Shown piece by piece: positions 1 through 10,000 of a stretch of DNA of 64,000 nt (positions within the stretch are counted from its first letter, which is position 1; the number at the start of each line of letters is the position of its first letter). The notes beneath the pieces were generated by a model. It did not search any database. It had not been told where the DNA came from and saw only the letters and a list, made by a program, of their open reading frames with translations. A program made the translations under genes and the position numbers. The stretch lies in IMG/VR virus record IMGVR_UViG_3300031933_000215, positions 124,001 through 188,000 of that record, one strand, 5' to 3'.

Positions 1-15
1 AACGAAGGACATGAC

Positions 16-978
16 ATGTTTTTCTACGACAAAACACCCAAGCAAATGCTCGTTGACTTGATCAACGAAGCAAACCCGGATCTGCCGTTCCCGATCAATG
101 TGACGGACTACGAGTTCCTCGATCCGGTCACCATCGAAGAAACCCCGGAAGGTCACAACACCCAGATCCGTCTGTACGCCCATCCCGAGGCCCCGTACTT
201 TGGTAACATCGTTCTGACGTACCGTCGGTTGGACCTGGCCCGCCTGTTCTGGGGCATTACCCCGCGCATTCAGAAGTGGTTCCCAGGCAGTGATGACGTT
301 GGGGACAACGGCGAGGTCATCGCCACCCTGTACGATATTCTTCCGTTGTTCTCGAAACAGTACGGTCTGTTATTGGACTCGTCCCAGATTCAGAACCAGA
401 ACATGACTGCGTACTACGGTGCCGAGGAAGGGCGTCTGTACACCATGCGGGCCCGTACGGACTCGTACATTTACGTGGGCAGTGTGAACTACAACTGGAT
501 GTCCGGTCGTCGGGGTCTGGAAGACGTGGTGACCAACGATGAAACCGTGGGCATTTACTACCCTGGCGGGAACGACTTCACCGACCCGGCAGCGCGTAAG
601 CGTTACCTAACTCCACTGACGTACGACTACGATTTCTCCCTGATGTATTTCAACAACTCGTATGAGTGGGATCAGACGTACCGTTACTATATCGGTCATA
701 GTTCCGAAGACGACCATCACCGGAACTTCGTGGAACAAATTGCCGATGTGATCGAAGCTGCCACCGGTATTCGCCCACCCCAGGTGATTTACAGCAACGG
801 TACTGAATACCGAAACACCGAATTCAGTCTGAACGGTTTCGACATCACACATACCTCACTGCCGAATGCGGCCTTCCCAGAAGCCAACGCGGAGTTCTTC
901 AACCGCGCCATCATTCTGGAATGTCCGGCAGATTGCCCATGGGGTGTTGGTAACCTCTACTTCCACTACAACAAGTAA
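16..978 (+). CDS. Virion structural protein, phiKZ-like paralog family
   Basis: RBS GAAGGA; family motifs L.DLIN..N, NT.I.L...Y.G...L.Y.RLDL and C-terminal LYFHYN shared with neighbouring ORFs. Confidence 0.7.
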   Translation: MFFYDKTPKQMLVDLINEANPDLPFPINVTDYEFLDPVTIEETPEGHNTQIRLYAHPEAPYFGNIVLTYRRLDLARLFWGITPRIQKWFPGSDDVGDNGEVIATLYDILPLFSKQYGLLLDSSQIQNQNMTAYYGAEEGRLYTMRARTDSYIYVGSVNYNWMSGRRGLEDVVTNDETVGIYYPGGNDFTDPAARKRYLTPLTYDYDFSLMYFNNSYEWDQTYRYYIGHSSEDDHHRNFVEQIADVIEAATGIRPPQVIYSNGTEYRNTEFSLNGFDITHTSLPNAAFPEANAEFFNRAIILECPADCPWGVGNLYFHYNK

Positions 979-989
979 CAGGTGCATTC

Positions 990-1913
990 ATGAACCTTGA
1001 TCAGTTTACAAACTTGGCTGCGCTTCATCGGACCTCGCACGAAGCGCTGGTGGAATTCATTGCGCAGACCAACAACGTGGCCTTGAACCCCGACTACGTG
1101 TTCTTCTCGCCCCCGGCGCGGGTGGAGGACACTTGGCGGGCCGGGACCACCGATAAGAACACCATTATTCGGATGACCACCACCGAAGACAACCCAGACT
1201 ACCAAGGGACTGTCATCGTTGTTTACGACCGACTGAACTTAGCCGACCTGGGCAAGTTGGTGGAACCGGTGTTGGAGGTCTACCAACCCCAAACGACCCA
1301 CGATCTGATTCGCCCGTTTTTCTTGAAGTACGGCATTGTGTTGGATCAGGCCGATCTGGTGGACGAGCCGCTGGTGCGCATCAATGACAACGAGCTGGAA
1401 GACCCGATCTACGAGATCAACGCAGCTCCTACCTCTCTGCGATGGTACGGTACTTTGCAGGTGACGCACAAAGAAGGTCGAGGTGAGTTTAAGGATTACA
1501 TGACCGAAGACGTCCTGCCAGGCCTGAACTACCCGGTTGAGAACGATGACGGTACTCGGGGCTCGGCCATCGTGTACATGTACTCTCTGGATTTCACCGA
1601 CGTGAAAGACGTACTGGAGACCTACCCGGTAGAGTATGTGGTGGACGAAACCGACACGGCCCTGCTGGACGCGATTCAACAGATCGACACTGGCAACGGT
1701 AAGATGCTCTGGAACCTGGACCCGGCGGCGACCGCGTGGAGTCTGCATGGTGCTGAGATCATCGCCAGTGGTATCAACGACGAATCACTGCCGACCAACA
1801 AGTCGTACAAATATGTGTTGGGTATCCGCCTGCGGGCTGACGTGGACACCCCACCGGGTGACATGTACCTGCATTACAACGACGTGTTCGATCCGACGAA
1901 GTTGGTTCAGTAA
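990..1913 (+). CDS. Virion structural protein, same paralog family
   Basis: NTIIRM...YQGTVIVVYDRLNL; ends MYLHYN. Confidence 0.7.
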   Translation: MNLDQFTNLAALHRTSHEALVEFIAQTNNVALNPDYVFFSPPARVEDTWRAGTTDKNTIIRMTTTEDNPDYQGTVIVVYDRLNLADLGKLVEPVLEVYQPQTTHDLIRPFFLKYGIVLDQADLVDEPLVRINDNELEDPIYEINAAPTSLRWYGTLQVTHKEGRGEFKDYMTEDVLPGLNYPVENDDGTRGSAIVYMYSLDFTDVKDVLETYPVEYVVDETDTALLDAIQQIDTGNGKMLWNLDPAATAWSLHGAEIIASGINDESLPTNKSYKYVLGIRLRADVDTPPGDMYLHYNDVFDPTKLVQ

Positions 1914-1920
1914 TTCACAC

Positions 1921-1940
1921 GGGGGTGGGTCACCACCCCC
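1921..1940. other. Short GC-rich intergenic hairpin
   Basis: GGGGGTGG-GTCA-CCACCCCC perfect inverted repeat, no U-tract. Confidence 0.45.
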
Positions 1941-1961
1941 ATGAATGCAAGGGTATTAGGC

Positions 1962-3764
1962 ATGGCCTTTTATGAAAAGAAACCCAATCAACTGTTGATC
2001 GATCTGATCAACCAAGCCAACCCGGACACGGGGATCGATCTTCGGACACTGCAAAACACCCGGTTGGGGACGCCTAAGCCCTACCCCACACTGCGTCAGC
2101 AAGAACAACTTCGGGTGGTAAAGGCATTTACCGAAGTCGGTGAACACATTTGGATTCCCCCCAAGGGCGTTGAGTACGTCGACCTGTTAGTGGTCGGCGG
2201 TGGCGGTGCTGGTGGTTGGGACCCTTACGCTTACTCAGCCAATACCGGCGGTGGCGGTGCCGGCGGTCTGGTGTTTATTCCCAACTACCCGGTAAAGCAT
2301 CTAAATAAGATAGTCGTCGGTGCCGGCGGTTCCGAGAGTTCTGATGGCGACGGGCACGACTCTTGGTTTGGCGAAGAGGTCGTAGCTAAAGGCGGGGGTC
2401 AAGGTGGTACACGTACGGCCACCAAAGCGGGCCGGTCTGGCGGTTCCAGTGGTGGTTACGGTTACAGTCCCGCAGACGATCCAGAAGTTGGGAAAGGTAA
2501 CGGGCGAGCTATCCAACCGCGCCTGTTTGGTCTGAGTGGTCAGTATGGTTTTGGTAACGAGGGCGGGATCAATCAACTGGGCGGTGCACATAACCCATTC
2601 GGCGGCGGTGGTGCCGGGGAGTCAGCGCCAATAGACGGTAAACGTCGCGGTGCCGGTGGTCACGGTCTATGCAGAGTCACTCCCGAAATTGGCCCGTACG
2701 ATCGCGAGTACCGTTTCGCCGACGTCTTTGGTGTCGACCACGGCCATGTCATTGAGGGGGAAGCTTGGTTCGCGGGCGGTGGTGGTGGTACATCACCAAA
2801 TCTCAACGTCTACACCGACGGATCTAACGGCGGTAATGGTGGCGGTGGTCGCGGCACTACCGATGACCCAGCGTCCGAAACCCCAGGCATGCCCAACACC
2901 GGTGGTGGCGGTGGGGGCAGTAGCTACGACCGTGACGATGGTGAGCCTGGTGGTTCCGGTATTGTCATGGTGGCGTACAATAACCCCCGTGTCAATCAGC
3001 CTGGGTTTAAGTACCAGACCGTCAACACCGAGATCGACATCTTCCCGGCCCATGACTCGCCCATCAAGGGCAAAGTCACCATGTACTACCGGCGGATCAT
3101 CCTCCAGGACTTCTTCAAGAACCGGGAGGTACGATTCGATCGTTGGACTGAGGACAACCGCCTGACGGTTCCCCAGTTACTGGAGTTGTACAACCAAGAG
3201 TTTGGCACCCAGTTCATCCCGGAAGACTTTGAAGACAAAACCTTCAGTCCGTCGTCCAACGAACAACGACTGAATGTGTTGGACACGTCGTTTACCTACC
3301 TCGGCTATCTGGAGTTTGTCTGGAACCCCAACGAACGGGAACTGGATCAGATTCTGGAAACCAATGCCATTGACGGGTATGTTTGGGACCCACGGTTTAC
3401 CACCGAACCCACGGACCCGAAACCGTATCTGACGTTCTTGGGGTGGGGGTTTGATTACGGTCGTCATTACGAGAACCTGATCGAATCGGTGCCCAGCGGT
3501 GCGGTGATCGACGAACACACGCCTGTACTGAACGCCTTGGTGGATCATTGCAACCGAGTTCACGGGACCAGTCTGGACACCGCAATACCCCACACCGAAA
3601 CAAACGGATTGGGTGGCTTGACCGTGGTACGGTACACCCTGCCGAACAACACGGTGGATGAGGCCAACGCGTTTAAGTTCAACAAGGTGTACATGATTCG
3701 CGCTCTGCCCGACTCGTGGTTCACTGGAACGCTGTTCTTCCATTACGATCCTAAGGAGGTGTGA
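1962..3764 (+). CDS. Virion structural protein of the same family carrying an inserted glycine-rich domain
   Basis: N-terminus MAFYEKKPNQLLIDLINQANP matches ORF 16; internal VVGGGGAGG...GGSGIVMVAY Gly-rich domain; C-terminus LFFHYD. Start moved to ATG 1962 by paralog alignment. Confidence 0.7.
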   Translation: MAFYEKKPNQLLIDLINQANPDTGIDLRTLQNTRLGTPKPYPTLRQQEQLRVVKAFTEVGEHIWIPPKGVEYVDLLVVGGGGAGGWDPYAYSANTGGGGAGGLVFIPNYPVKHLNKIVVGAGGSESSDGDGHDSWFGEEVVAKGGGQGGTRTATKAGRSGGSSGGYGYSPADDPEVGKGNGRAIQPRLFGLSGQYGFGNEGGINQLGGAHNPFGGGGAGESAPIDGKRRGAGGHGLCRVTPEIGPYDREYRFADVFGVDHGHVIEGEAWFAGGGGGTSPNLNVYTDGSNGGNGGGGRGTTDDPASETPGMPNTGGGGGGSSYDRDDGEPGGSGIVMVAYNNPRVNQPGFKYQTVNTEIDIFPAHDSPIKGKVTMYYRRIILQDFFKNREVRFDRWTEDNRLTVPQLLELYNQEFGTQFIPEDFEDKTFSPSSNEQRLNVLDTSFTYLGYLEFVWNPNERELDQILETNAIDGYVWDPRFTTEPTDPKPYLTFLGWGFDYGRHYENLIESVPSGAVIDEHTPVLNALVDHCNRVHGTSLDTAIPHTETNGLGGLTVVRYTLPNNTVDEANAFKFNKVYMIRALPDSWFTGTLFFHYDPKEV

Positions 3765-3766
3765 TC

Positions 3767-4243
3767 ATGGCGTTATGTGACACGCCGGTGGTTGATTTCA
3801 ACAAGAACGTCAACCGCCAAACCTTGACGTACCTGCCAGTAGATAACGCCATCCTGAGCCCGACATATCCATCGGAAGACCCAGCGGTCTGCCAACTGCG
3901 TCTGACCATGAAGGATGAGCAGGACTATCGCGGTACGCAGGTTCTGACCTACAATCGGTTGAACCTTGCGGACATCGAAAACATGTTGGTCACCAAGCCT
4001 CACGTCAATCCAGTCTCAGGTCGTCTTTACGGCCTGCTGGATGAGCTGACTCAGGGCCTTGGAATTCTACTGACCGAGGAAGATGTTTATGATGCGGGCA
4101 TTGTGATGGACCCGGTGCGGGGACTCAACGTGGAGCTTAAAGCTCGGCCGGAGTCGTACCGCTGGTATGGGATTCACCGTCTGTACTTTGACAACCTTCC
4201 ACCGTTGTCCACCACACTCACCCGGCTGGAATTTACATGGTAG
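3767..4243 (+). CDS. Short virion protein of the same family (N-terminal module only)
   Basis: AAGGAGG RBS; YRGTQVLTYNRLNL and SYRWYG motifs. Confidence 0.65.
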   Translation: MALCDTPVVDFNKNVNRQTLTYLPVDNAILSPTYPSEDPAVCQLRLTMKDEQDYRGTQVLTYNRLNLADIENMLVTKPHVNPVSGRLYGLLDELTQGLGILLTEEDVYDAGIVMDPVRGLNVELKARPESYRWYGIHRLYFDNLPPLSTTLTRLEFTW

Positions 4244-4249
4244 GTAACT

Positions 4250-5608
4250 ATGGCCATTACGAATATTGTCGGGTTTGATGATGTTGCCCGATTACAACTC
4301 AACAACTTGGTGGATTTGAAGACCATTGAGAATCTACCATTTGTTGCCTTGCAGGACAATCAGAACAACACCATCCAAGAGTCTTATTTCAAGCTAACCC
4401 TTCACGATCAGCGTGGGTGGTTGTCCACCGACCCGCACACGTCATCAAGACAACCTGTGTCTTATTGTTATTGTTCTGACTCGTCAAGTGGTTGGTGGGG
4501 ATATAACTGTTACCGACTGGGTCGGCGGCACGACACCGACGACACCAATCGCAAACGGTTAATGGATTCCAGTCTTAGAACGCCTTGCTTGGGCATTGAT
4601 TTTGAAAGAGCTTGGGGCGAACACTTTAACAATAATGAGGTGGATCGGTTTCTCACTGGATGCCGCATTTACTTCCCAACCGGTTTTCTGGAAGGAAATG
4701 ACTTCGTAAGCATTGCAATACGACCAACGGGTGATGCCATTAATCGTTTTGTGGATGGTAACTTCACGGTATTCACTAAGGAAGAGATCAATACGTCGTT
4801 AAGTCGCAACACGGTGTTTATCGAAATCGAGGTGGATCGTCGCACTGGTAAGATCCGGCGGTGGATCAATGAAGAGGAGGTTTCGCCAAAGTTACTTCCA
4901 ACCAACTATTTGGCTTCGTTTGAAAACCTTAGGTTCCAGTATGGTGAAAAGTCCAGGTCCACTGAGGGTGAGTATTACCAATTCCACGACCAGCGAGAAT
5001 ACTACGGGTGCCCGACCAGTCGTACTTCACAGTACGACTACGACGCCGGGGCGCCACAGAACCAAGACTTCTCGGTGACGGACTTCTACTTCTTAGCCGA
5101 CACGTTCGATCAGGACAACGGAACAACCTACAGCGATCGTTTGGGTGACATTGAAGTAAGGGACATGGATGTTTCTAACTTTCTGCTGAGTCAGTTCTGG
5201 ACTCCGTACTCTGGGGAAAACCCGAAGGACACCATTAACCGTTTAAAAGTGGGTACGAACGTACCCGTTCCTGGGGTTTTGGGAGATACGAACGCAGAAC
5301 GCGCTACAATACTCCCTCTACCACCTTCGTACGAACTCGGGGAAGAGATCATCTACTCGGAGTTTTACCTGTGGGGAGCGCCTGAGGACGTCTCAGGGGT
5401 ATTGGAGATGGATGTAACACCAATCGTCGGCAGTGAGTTGCAACCGGACGTGAAAATCACGCTCCCAGCCACCACCGTCTTTGAACCAGCCACGCACTAC
5501 CAGGTGTTCCGAGCCGAGGCCAATCCCACGGGCGATTCGTTGGAGTCTACCGTACTCAACCGTTTGCAATTTAAGGTCGGGTTCAGCGAACCCACCACTG
5601 AAACATAA
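4250..5608 (+). CDS. Putative virion/tail-associated protein
   Basis: 452-aa ORF inside structural operon; MAI..I.GFD start; beta-rich composition. Confidence 0.5.
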   Translation: MAITNIVGFDDVARLQLNNLVDLKTIENLPFVALQDNQNNTIQESYFKLTLHDQRGWLSTDPHTSSRQPVSYCYCSDSSSGWWGYNCYRLGRRHDTDDTNRKRLMDSSLRTPCLGIDFERAWGEHFNNNEVDRFLTGCRIYFPTGFLEGNDFVSIAIRPTGDAINRFVDGNFTVFTKEEINTSLSRNTVFIEIEVDRRTGKIRRWINEEEVSPKLLPTNYLASFENLRFQYGEKSRSTEGEYYQFHDQREYYGCPTSRTSQYDYDAGAPQNQDFSVTDFYFLADTFDQDNGTTYSDRLGDIEVRDMDVSNFLLSQFWTPYSGENPKDTINRLKVGTNVPVPGVLGDTNAERATILPLPPSYELGEEIIYSEFYLWGAPEDVSGVLEMDVTPIVGSELQPDVKITLPATTVFEPATHYQVFRAEANPTGDSLESTVLNRLQFKVGFSEPTTET

Positions 5609-5619
5609 GGAAACCCATC

Positions 5620-5952
5620 ATGCTTTGGAAAAACTATTTCTTTACCGTGGATTTCAGTGAGGAAGCTGAGTTCTTCAAACGGTTTGACGAAGGGGACACC
5701 CTGACCGGTCAGGACGCCGAAACGATGGCGGGGATTTTCCAGGAACGCGACCCCCACCCTTCCAAACAGGATCGGTGGAACGTGAACCCGGAACACGATT
5801 ACAGTCTAATGGACGCTAAGGTGGTGTATCATGGCATCAACACGGACTTGATGTGTACCAACGCCAAGTTCAACCGTGTGTTGGTATTGGATTTTGAACC
5901 GACGGATTGCGATCAGCCCGACGGACGCGTGTACTTGCAGTACAACGTGTAA
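5620..5952 (+). CDS. Short virion protein (C-terminal module of the paralog family)
   Basis: YSL.DA.VVY.G.N...TNAKFNRVL...VYLQYN resembles the C-termini of ORFs 990 and 1962. Confidence 0.6.
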   Translation: MLWKNYFFTVDFSEEAEFFKRFDEGDTLTGQDAETMAGIFQERDPHPSKQDRWNVNPEHDYSLMDAKVVYHGINTDLMCTNAKFNRVLVLDFEPTDCDQPDGRVYLQYNV

Positions 5953-6022
5953 CTAGGGGTTTGCGTGGGGTCCATGGGCGCCACCAAACGTTCCATTAAC
6001 CGATGCAATCTGTGAGGCTATC

Positions 6023-6778
6023 ATGTCGGAAACAACAACCACCGACACGACCTCAGAAGACCCGATCGTTGCCAGTGGCGTGCGTGGTAAAGTCATTTAC
6101 GCCCAAGGCAAATACCTGAAGCGCCGAAAACGATTGCCGGACTTTACTCGGTTCGGTCATCAGGTGTTATTGGATCGTTTGAACGACGCGAACCAAACCA
6201 AGTTCACGTTTAACGATCTGGAGTTCGGGGCTCCTGAGGTTCAGTACAACCAACCCTACAACACACGGGTTCGGGTGTACGCCAGAGCACCGGCTGGGTT
6301 GACACGTTACGTTGACATCCAGTACAACCGCGTCAGTATCCTCAACGCGTTATCGAGTAAAGAACTCGTTGACTACACACCCACCGTAACCGACACCACC
6401 ACTGTGCACGATTTGTTGACTGACATCAACTATCGCTACGGAGTGGCCTTGACGTCGGACGACGTGTACGACGACCCCGTTCCCACCGATGGCAGTTGGA
6501 TCACACTGCGGGTGAAAGAAACCAGTTACATCTTTGAAGCTGAAGACAGTGACTTGATACCAGTGGGCATTGAGATCCTGACCACTGACCTGACAGGGTT
6601 CACCGCCCCGGTGTTCAGTCTTACGACGGTGTTGACCATGACCGATCTCAGTGGGTTTGAAGACCCCGCTGTTAGTTTGGTTCCACTATTGACAATCACC
6701 GACCTCAGTGGGTTCACCAAAGAAGAGACCACCGAAGAACCGGTGTCGTTGTTCAGTCTGCTGGGCAACAACCTGTAG
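6023..6778 (+). CDS. Virion structural protein of the paralog family with C-terminal repeats
   Basis: LLDRLNDAN, NTRVRV, IQYNRV motifs; three TDLxGF repeats. Confidence 0.65.
   Translation: MSETTTTDTTSEDPIVASGVRGKVIYAQGKYLKRRKRLPDFTRFGHQVLLDRLNDANQTKFTFNDLEFGAPEVQYNQPYNTRVRVYARAPAGLTRYVDIQYNRVSILNALSSKELVDYTPTVTDTTTVHDLLTDINYRYGVALTSDDVYDDPVPTDGSWITLRVKETSYIFEAEDSDLIPVGIEILTTDLTGFTAPVFSLTTVLTMTDLSGFEDPAVSLVPLLTITDLSGFTKEETTEEPVSLFSLLGNNL
6578..6720 (+). repeat. Three 57-nt imperfect coding repeats (TDL[T/S]GF)
   Basis: ACTGACCTG at 6584, ACCGATCTC at 6641, ACCGACCTC at 6698, each followed by GGGTT. Confidence 0.75.
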
Positions 6779-6782
6779 ACGG

Positions 6783-6820
6783 CATAAAACCCCTCCCATG
6801 TGGGAGGGGTTTTATTATGT
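6783..6820. terminator. Bidirectional rho-independent terminator
   Basis: AAAACCCCTCCCA-TG-TGGGAGGGGTTTT between convergent genes. Confidence 0.8.
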
Positions 6821-6851
6821 CGTTTCCCTAACTGGAGTCAGGGGTCAGACA

Positions 6852-7403
6852 TTACGCCGGGTAGGTGAAACCGCTCATGTCGGTAGTAGTCACCTCGTCA
6901 CCGACCGGAGTTTCCGGTACCGGAATCGGGTTGATGGTCACATCAACTTGACCGATGTAGCACAGGCTTTCCGGCTTGGCGCGGACAGTGTACACCTTGG
7001 ACACGGTCAGAGCCGGCAGAGAGCTGAGCTCAGTACCAGTCTCGTCGAACAGAGCCAGTTCGGTTTCGATCAGATCAACCTGAGTGGCGATCGCGTCGAT
7101 CACGGACTGAACAGTGGAGGACTCAGACTTGGTGTGCTCCAGAGCAACGCCACCGCGCAGAACGTCCAGGTCCAGACGGTAGTAACGAATGTCCACAGAG
7201 CCCTTGTAACCGCTGTTAGCAACAGCAGAAACAGTGACGATGGTGTTACGATCGTTACCAGTGTCAGAACCAGTGTCAGTCAGCTCGTCCCATGCGGCAG
7301 GAACACCGATGGAAATTTCAGCAGAAGTCAGCGCAGTGCCGTTGTCCGCATTGATCAGGTCAATGACGTTCTTTTCGGCAGACTTCGAAGTATTGATCAG
7401 CAT
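6852..7403 (-). CDS. Virion structural protein, paralog family
   Basis: VIDLINADN, RNTIVTV...GYKGSVDIRYYRLDL, SLCYIG motifs. Confidence 0.7.
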   Translation of the reverse strand: MLINTSKSAEKNVIDLINADNGTALTSAEISIGVPAAWDELTDTGSDTGNDRNTIVTVSAVANSGYKGSVDIRYYRLDLDVLRGGVALEHTKSESSTVQSVIDAIATQVDLIETELALFDETGTELSSLPALTVSKVYTVRAKPESLCYIGQVDVTINPIPVPETPVGDEVTTTDMSGFTYPA

Positions 7404-7510
7404 GGGATATTACTCCAATTGCGTTTGATGTATGACCGCGATGAGGTCATCAGACTACACGCACGCGGTCAAGAGGGACGTGAGTTCCACAACTCACATA
7501 TTATTGGTAT

Positions 7511-8095
7511 TTACGCAGGTTCAATTAGTACCAACCCGTCGAGAATCATTTCACCGATCAACTGGTTCAGATCCCGTGCGTCGTAGTGGTACATGTACTG
7601 AACACTTACTTCATACCCCTCGATATCCAATCCCTTTGGATCAACGAGGAATCGATAAGGGTCAGCCGTGGCGGTCAGTTTCAAATGGTGAATTTGACCG
7701 TCCAGATCCAACTGAACCTTACCGTAGTTGAGAATACCGTTAATGCCCTCATGGGGGCTATACGTTAACGTGATTCCCCCACTGGAAATCATGGGAGTTT
7801 CTACGGTCACGCTAGGTCCGCCCATTTGCAGGGCACCCAACACGTACTCTCGAATGGCCGTGACATTCGCGGCCAGGGTATTCGATTCAAGGTCCGAGAT
7901 GTTCGTGGCCAGTTTGTCTGAGGTGACCGCCTCGTCCAAGTTCACCGCCTCGGTGGCCGTTAACTTGTTCAGCAGATCTCGGTCCTCGGCACTGAGCAAA
8001 CCACTGTCAAAAAGTTCCTGAACGCGTGATTCCAGGTCTCCTAACTGTGCCTTCAGCCCGAGAATACTGGCCCTATCCCGTTTAACCGTAGCCAT
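7511..8095 (-). CDS. Putative virion protein, paralog of 15974-16969
   Basis: Shared N-terminus (KR....I.GL...LG) and C-terminus (ITLT..P..G.NGI.N, ATADP..F.V, VQY.Y). Confidence 0.6.
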   Translation of the reverse strand: MATVKRDRASILGLKAQLGDLESRVQELFDSGLLSAEDRDLLNKLTATEAVNLDEAVTSDKLATNISDLESNTLAANVTAIREYVLGALQMGGPSVTVETPMISSGGITLTYSPHEGINGILNYGKVQLDLDGQIHHLKLTATADPYRFLVDPKGLDIEGYEVSVQYMYHYDARDLNQLIGEMILDGLVLIEPA

Positions 8096-8229
8096 GGTCT
8101 AAACTCCAATGCGTCAGATTTTGTTTATACGACACCCTCCCAAATCTCCGTCAGAAAATGGGTAATGAAAACCACAGGACGGTGTAACCTGAACGGTTGG
8201 TTGAGGCGTGAGAATCTATAGTATTGGCA

Positions 8230-9381
8230 TCAGAGATCGGCGGTTCTGTTATTCGGGAAATCCCGACCCGGACCCCAGATGATCCTCACGGCCCCGTTCG
8301 CACCGTTGACGGCACCGAAGAAGTTGTTAGAGGACACACCGCGAGCACCGGAGCCGTACAGACCGGCGGTAATCCACGTACCGTCCGCACCACCAGAACC
8401 GCCTTTACCGCCAGCGTTCGCGGTATCGCCACGAACCCCGGCCGCACCACTGGGACCTTGACCGTAGAGACCGACACCGCCACCGGGTGTGGCGTGATGG
8501 CTGTTATTGCTTTCGGTCAGGTAGTAACTACCCCCACCACCAGCGCCGCCTTCCCCGCCGGTAGCGTCCAGAACCGCGTTACCGCCATTACCACCGTTGC
8601 CGGAGTAACCGCCGGCACCGCCGCCCCCTCCGGGGCCGTTCTCACCGCCTTCAGCACCAATCCCGCCATCACCGCCACCGATGGTGTCGGTCAGGTCACT
8701 ACTGTCGGTTGTACCACCGCCACCAGCGGCGAGAAGGATACTGTCACCGCGTTTGAGGAACGAACTACCCCCTTGTCGGGTAGCCAGATCGGTACTGTTG
8801 GTGCCACCTTTGCCCACCTCAATGGTCAGCGTTTCACCCGGTACCACCGGGATGTCGTTCCGCCAGCGTAGGTCACCACCGTTGCCCCCTTTACCACGCG
8901 GGGTTCCGTCGGCCCCTTGACCGGCACCGACACACACGGCACTGATCTTGGTCACCTCGGGAGGTACGGTCCATTGCCGTATTTCAGCCGCCACCTGTAG
9001 GTGGTTGCCTTCCGGGTGGGTGGAGTAGACAATGTCCACCGGATTGGAGGACGCCACCACTGTACTGCTACTTGCGGATGGGTGCACATTCAACACCAGC
9101 GTTTCATCGGTGTCTTTGAACTCGTCCGCCAGCGTGGTGATTTCCACGATCGCCGGTGTGTCGTCGGAAAAACTGAACGTGCCAGAGGTCGGACCATCCA
9201 CCAACTCAGGAGGCAATGAACCCGCCACCGACCAGCTGTACTCGTAACCCAAAATTGGGTTTTCGGGTACAATGGTGAACTCCACCGGGTTACCGGCGTT
9301 GAACGAACTGGCGTTAGCGGTCACTGTAAAAGAGACACCGGGCGCACTATTGCCCGCTGCTCCAAGTAACGTTTCTAACAT
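8230..9381 (-). CDS. Glycine-rich tail-fibre-associated protein
   Basis: MLETLLG start, Ig-like N-terminal part, then WTVP..VTKISAVCVGAG...GGGGGAGGY...GAVRIIWG Gly-rich domain. Confidence 0.65.
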   Translation of the reverse strand: MLETLLGAAGNSAPGVSFTVTANASSFNAGNPVEFTIVPENPILGYEYSWSVAGSLPPELVDGPTSGTFSFSDDTPAIVEITTLADEFKDTDETLVLNVHPSASSSTVVASSNPVDIVYSTHPEGNHLQVAAEIRQWTVPPEVTKISAVCVGAGQGADGTPRGKGGNGGDLRWRNDIPVVPGETLTIEVGKGGTNSTDLATRQGGSSFLKRGDSILLAAGGGGTTDSSDLTDTIGGGDGGIGAEGGENGPGGGGGAGGYSGNGGNGGNAVLDATGGEGGAGGGGSYYLTESNNSHHATPGGGVGLYGQGPSGAAGVRGDTANAGGKGGSGGADGTWITAGLYGSGARGVSSNNFFGAVNGANGAVRIIWGPGRDFPNNRTADL

Positions 9382-9986
9382 TGGAAGACTTCCTTAGTTT
9401 CTATCTGTCGTTTAAGGGTTTTGCACGCCTCGATGGTTTCGCAACACCGGATGGTTTCCAACGTCGCGTAATAACCCCGCTTCAACCCCCGTCGGTAGTG
9501 AACGGCCTGGTTGATTAACCGTAACCCAGCTTCCCAAGTGATCTCCATCACCTGACCGTTGCCCGTGGGAAACTGGACCGTCTCGGTCGAGCGTTCATCC
9601 CGCAGTGCTTGACACTCCATGTAACACCAATTTAGCTCCTCACTACTCGTGAGGTCAATGGGCTGGTCTTCGTGCGTAAACCCTCGCTTTAAAAGGGCGG
9701 TGTGGACCTGGTCCAATTGTCGTTTCAGGTCTTGACGCCAGGTGTTGAGGTCGGTGCTTTCCACCACATCCCACGTTTGGTAGAACTCACCGTCTTTGTA
9801 CCGAGGGTACCGTTCGACCACGTGCCTCCCAGCCGGTTTGGGCGTGGAGTGTACGTAGCAAAACCCCAGACGCATCATCTGTTCCACCGTGGGGTGTTTG
9901 GGGAGTGAGACCGTGAGCAGTTCCTTGCGCACCTCCTCCAGCGTCACTGGGTATTGGCCGGTGGTTAGGTTAATGTACGTGTCCAT
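9375..9986 (-). CDS. Putative tail fibre assembly/chaperone-like protein
   Basis: YIN..TGQYP start and helical C-terminus typical of fibre accessory proteins; sits between fibre genes. Confidence 0.45.
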   Translation of the reverse strand: MDTYINLTTGQYPVTLEEVRKELLTVSLPKHPTVEQMMRLGFCYVHSTPKPAGRHVVERYPRYKDGEFYQTWDVVESTDLNTWRQDLKRQLDQVHTALLKRGFTHEDQPIDLTSSEELNWCYMECQALRDERSTETVQFPTGNGQVMEITWEAGLRLINQAVHYRRGLKRGYYATLETIRCCETIEACKTLKRQIETKEVFQC

Positions 9987-10000
9987 AAACGTTCAACAGA

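Noticed and set aside
6708-7586. 292-aa plus-strand ORF
   Set aside because: Crosses a terminator and lies antisense to a gene with clear family motifs
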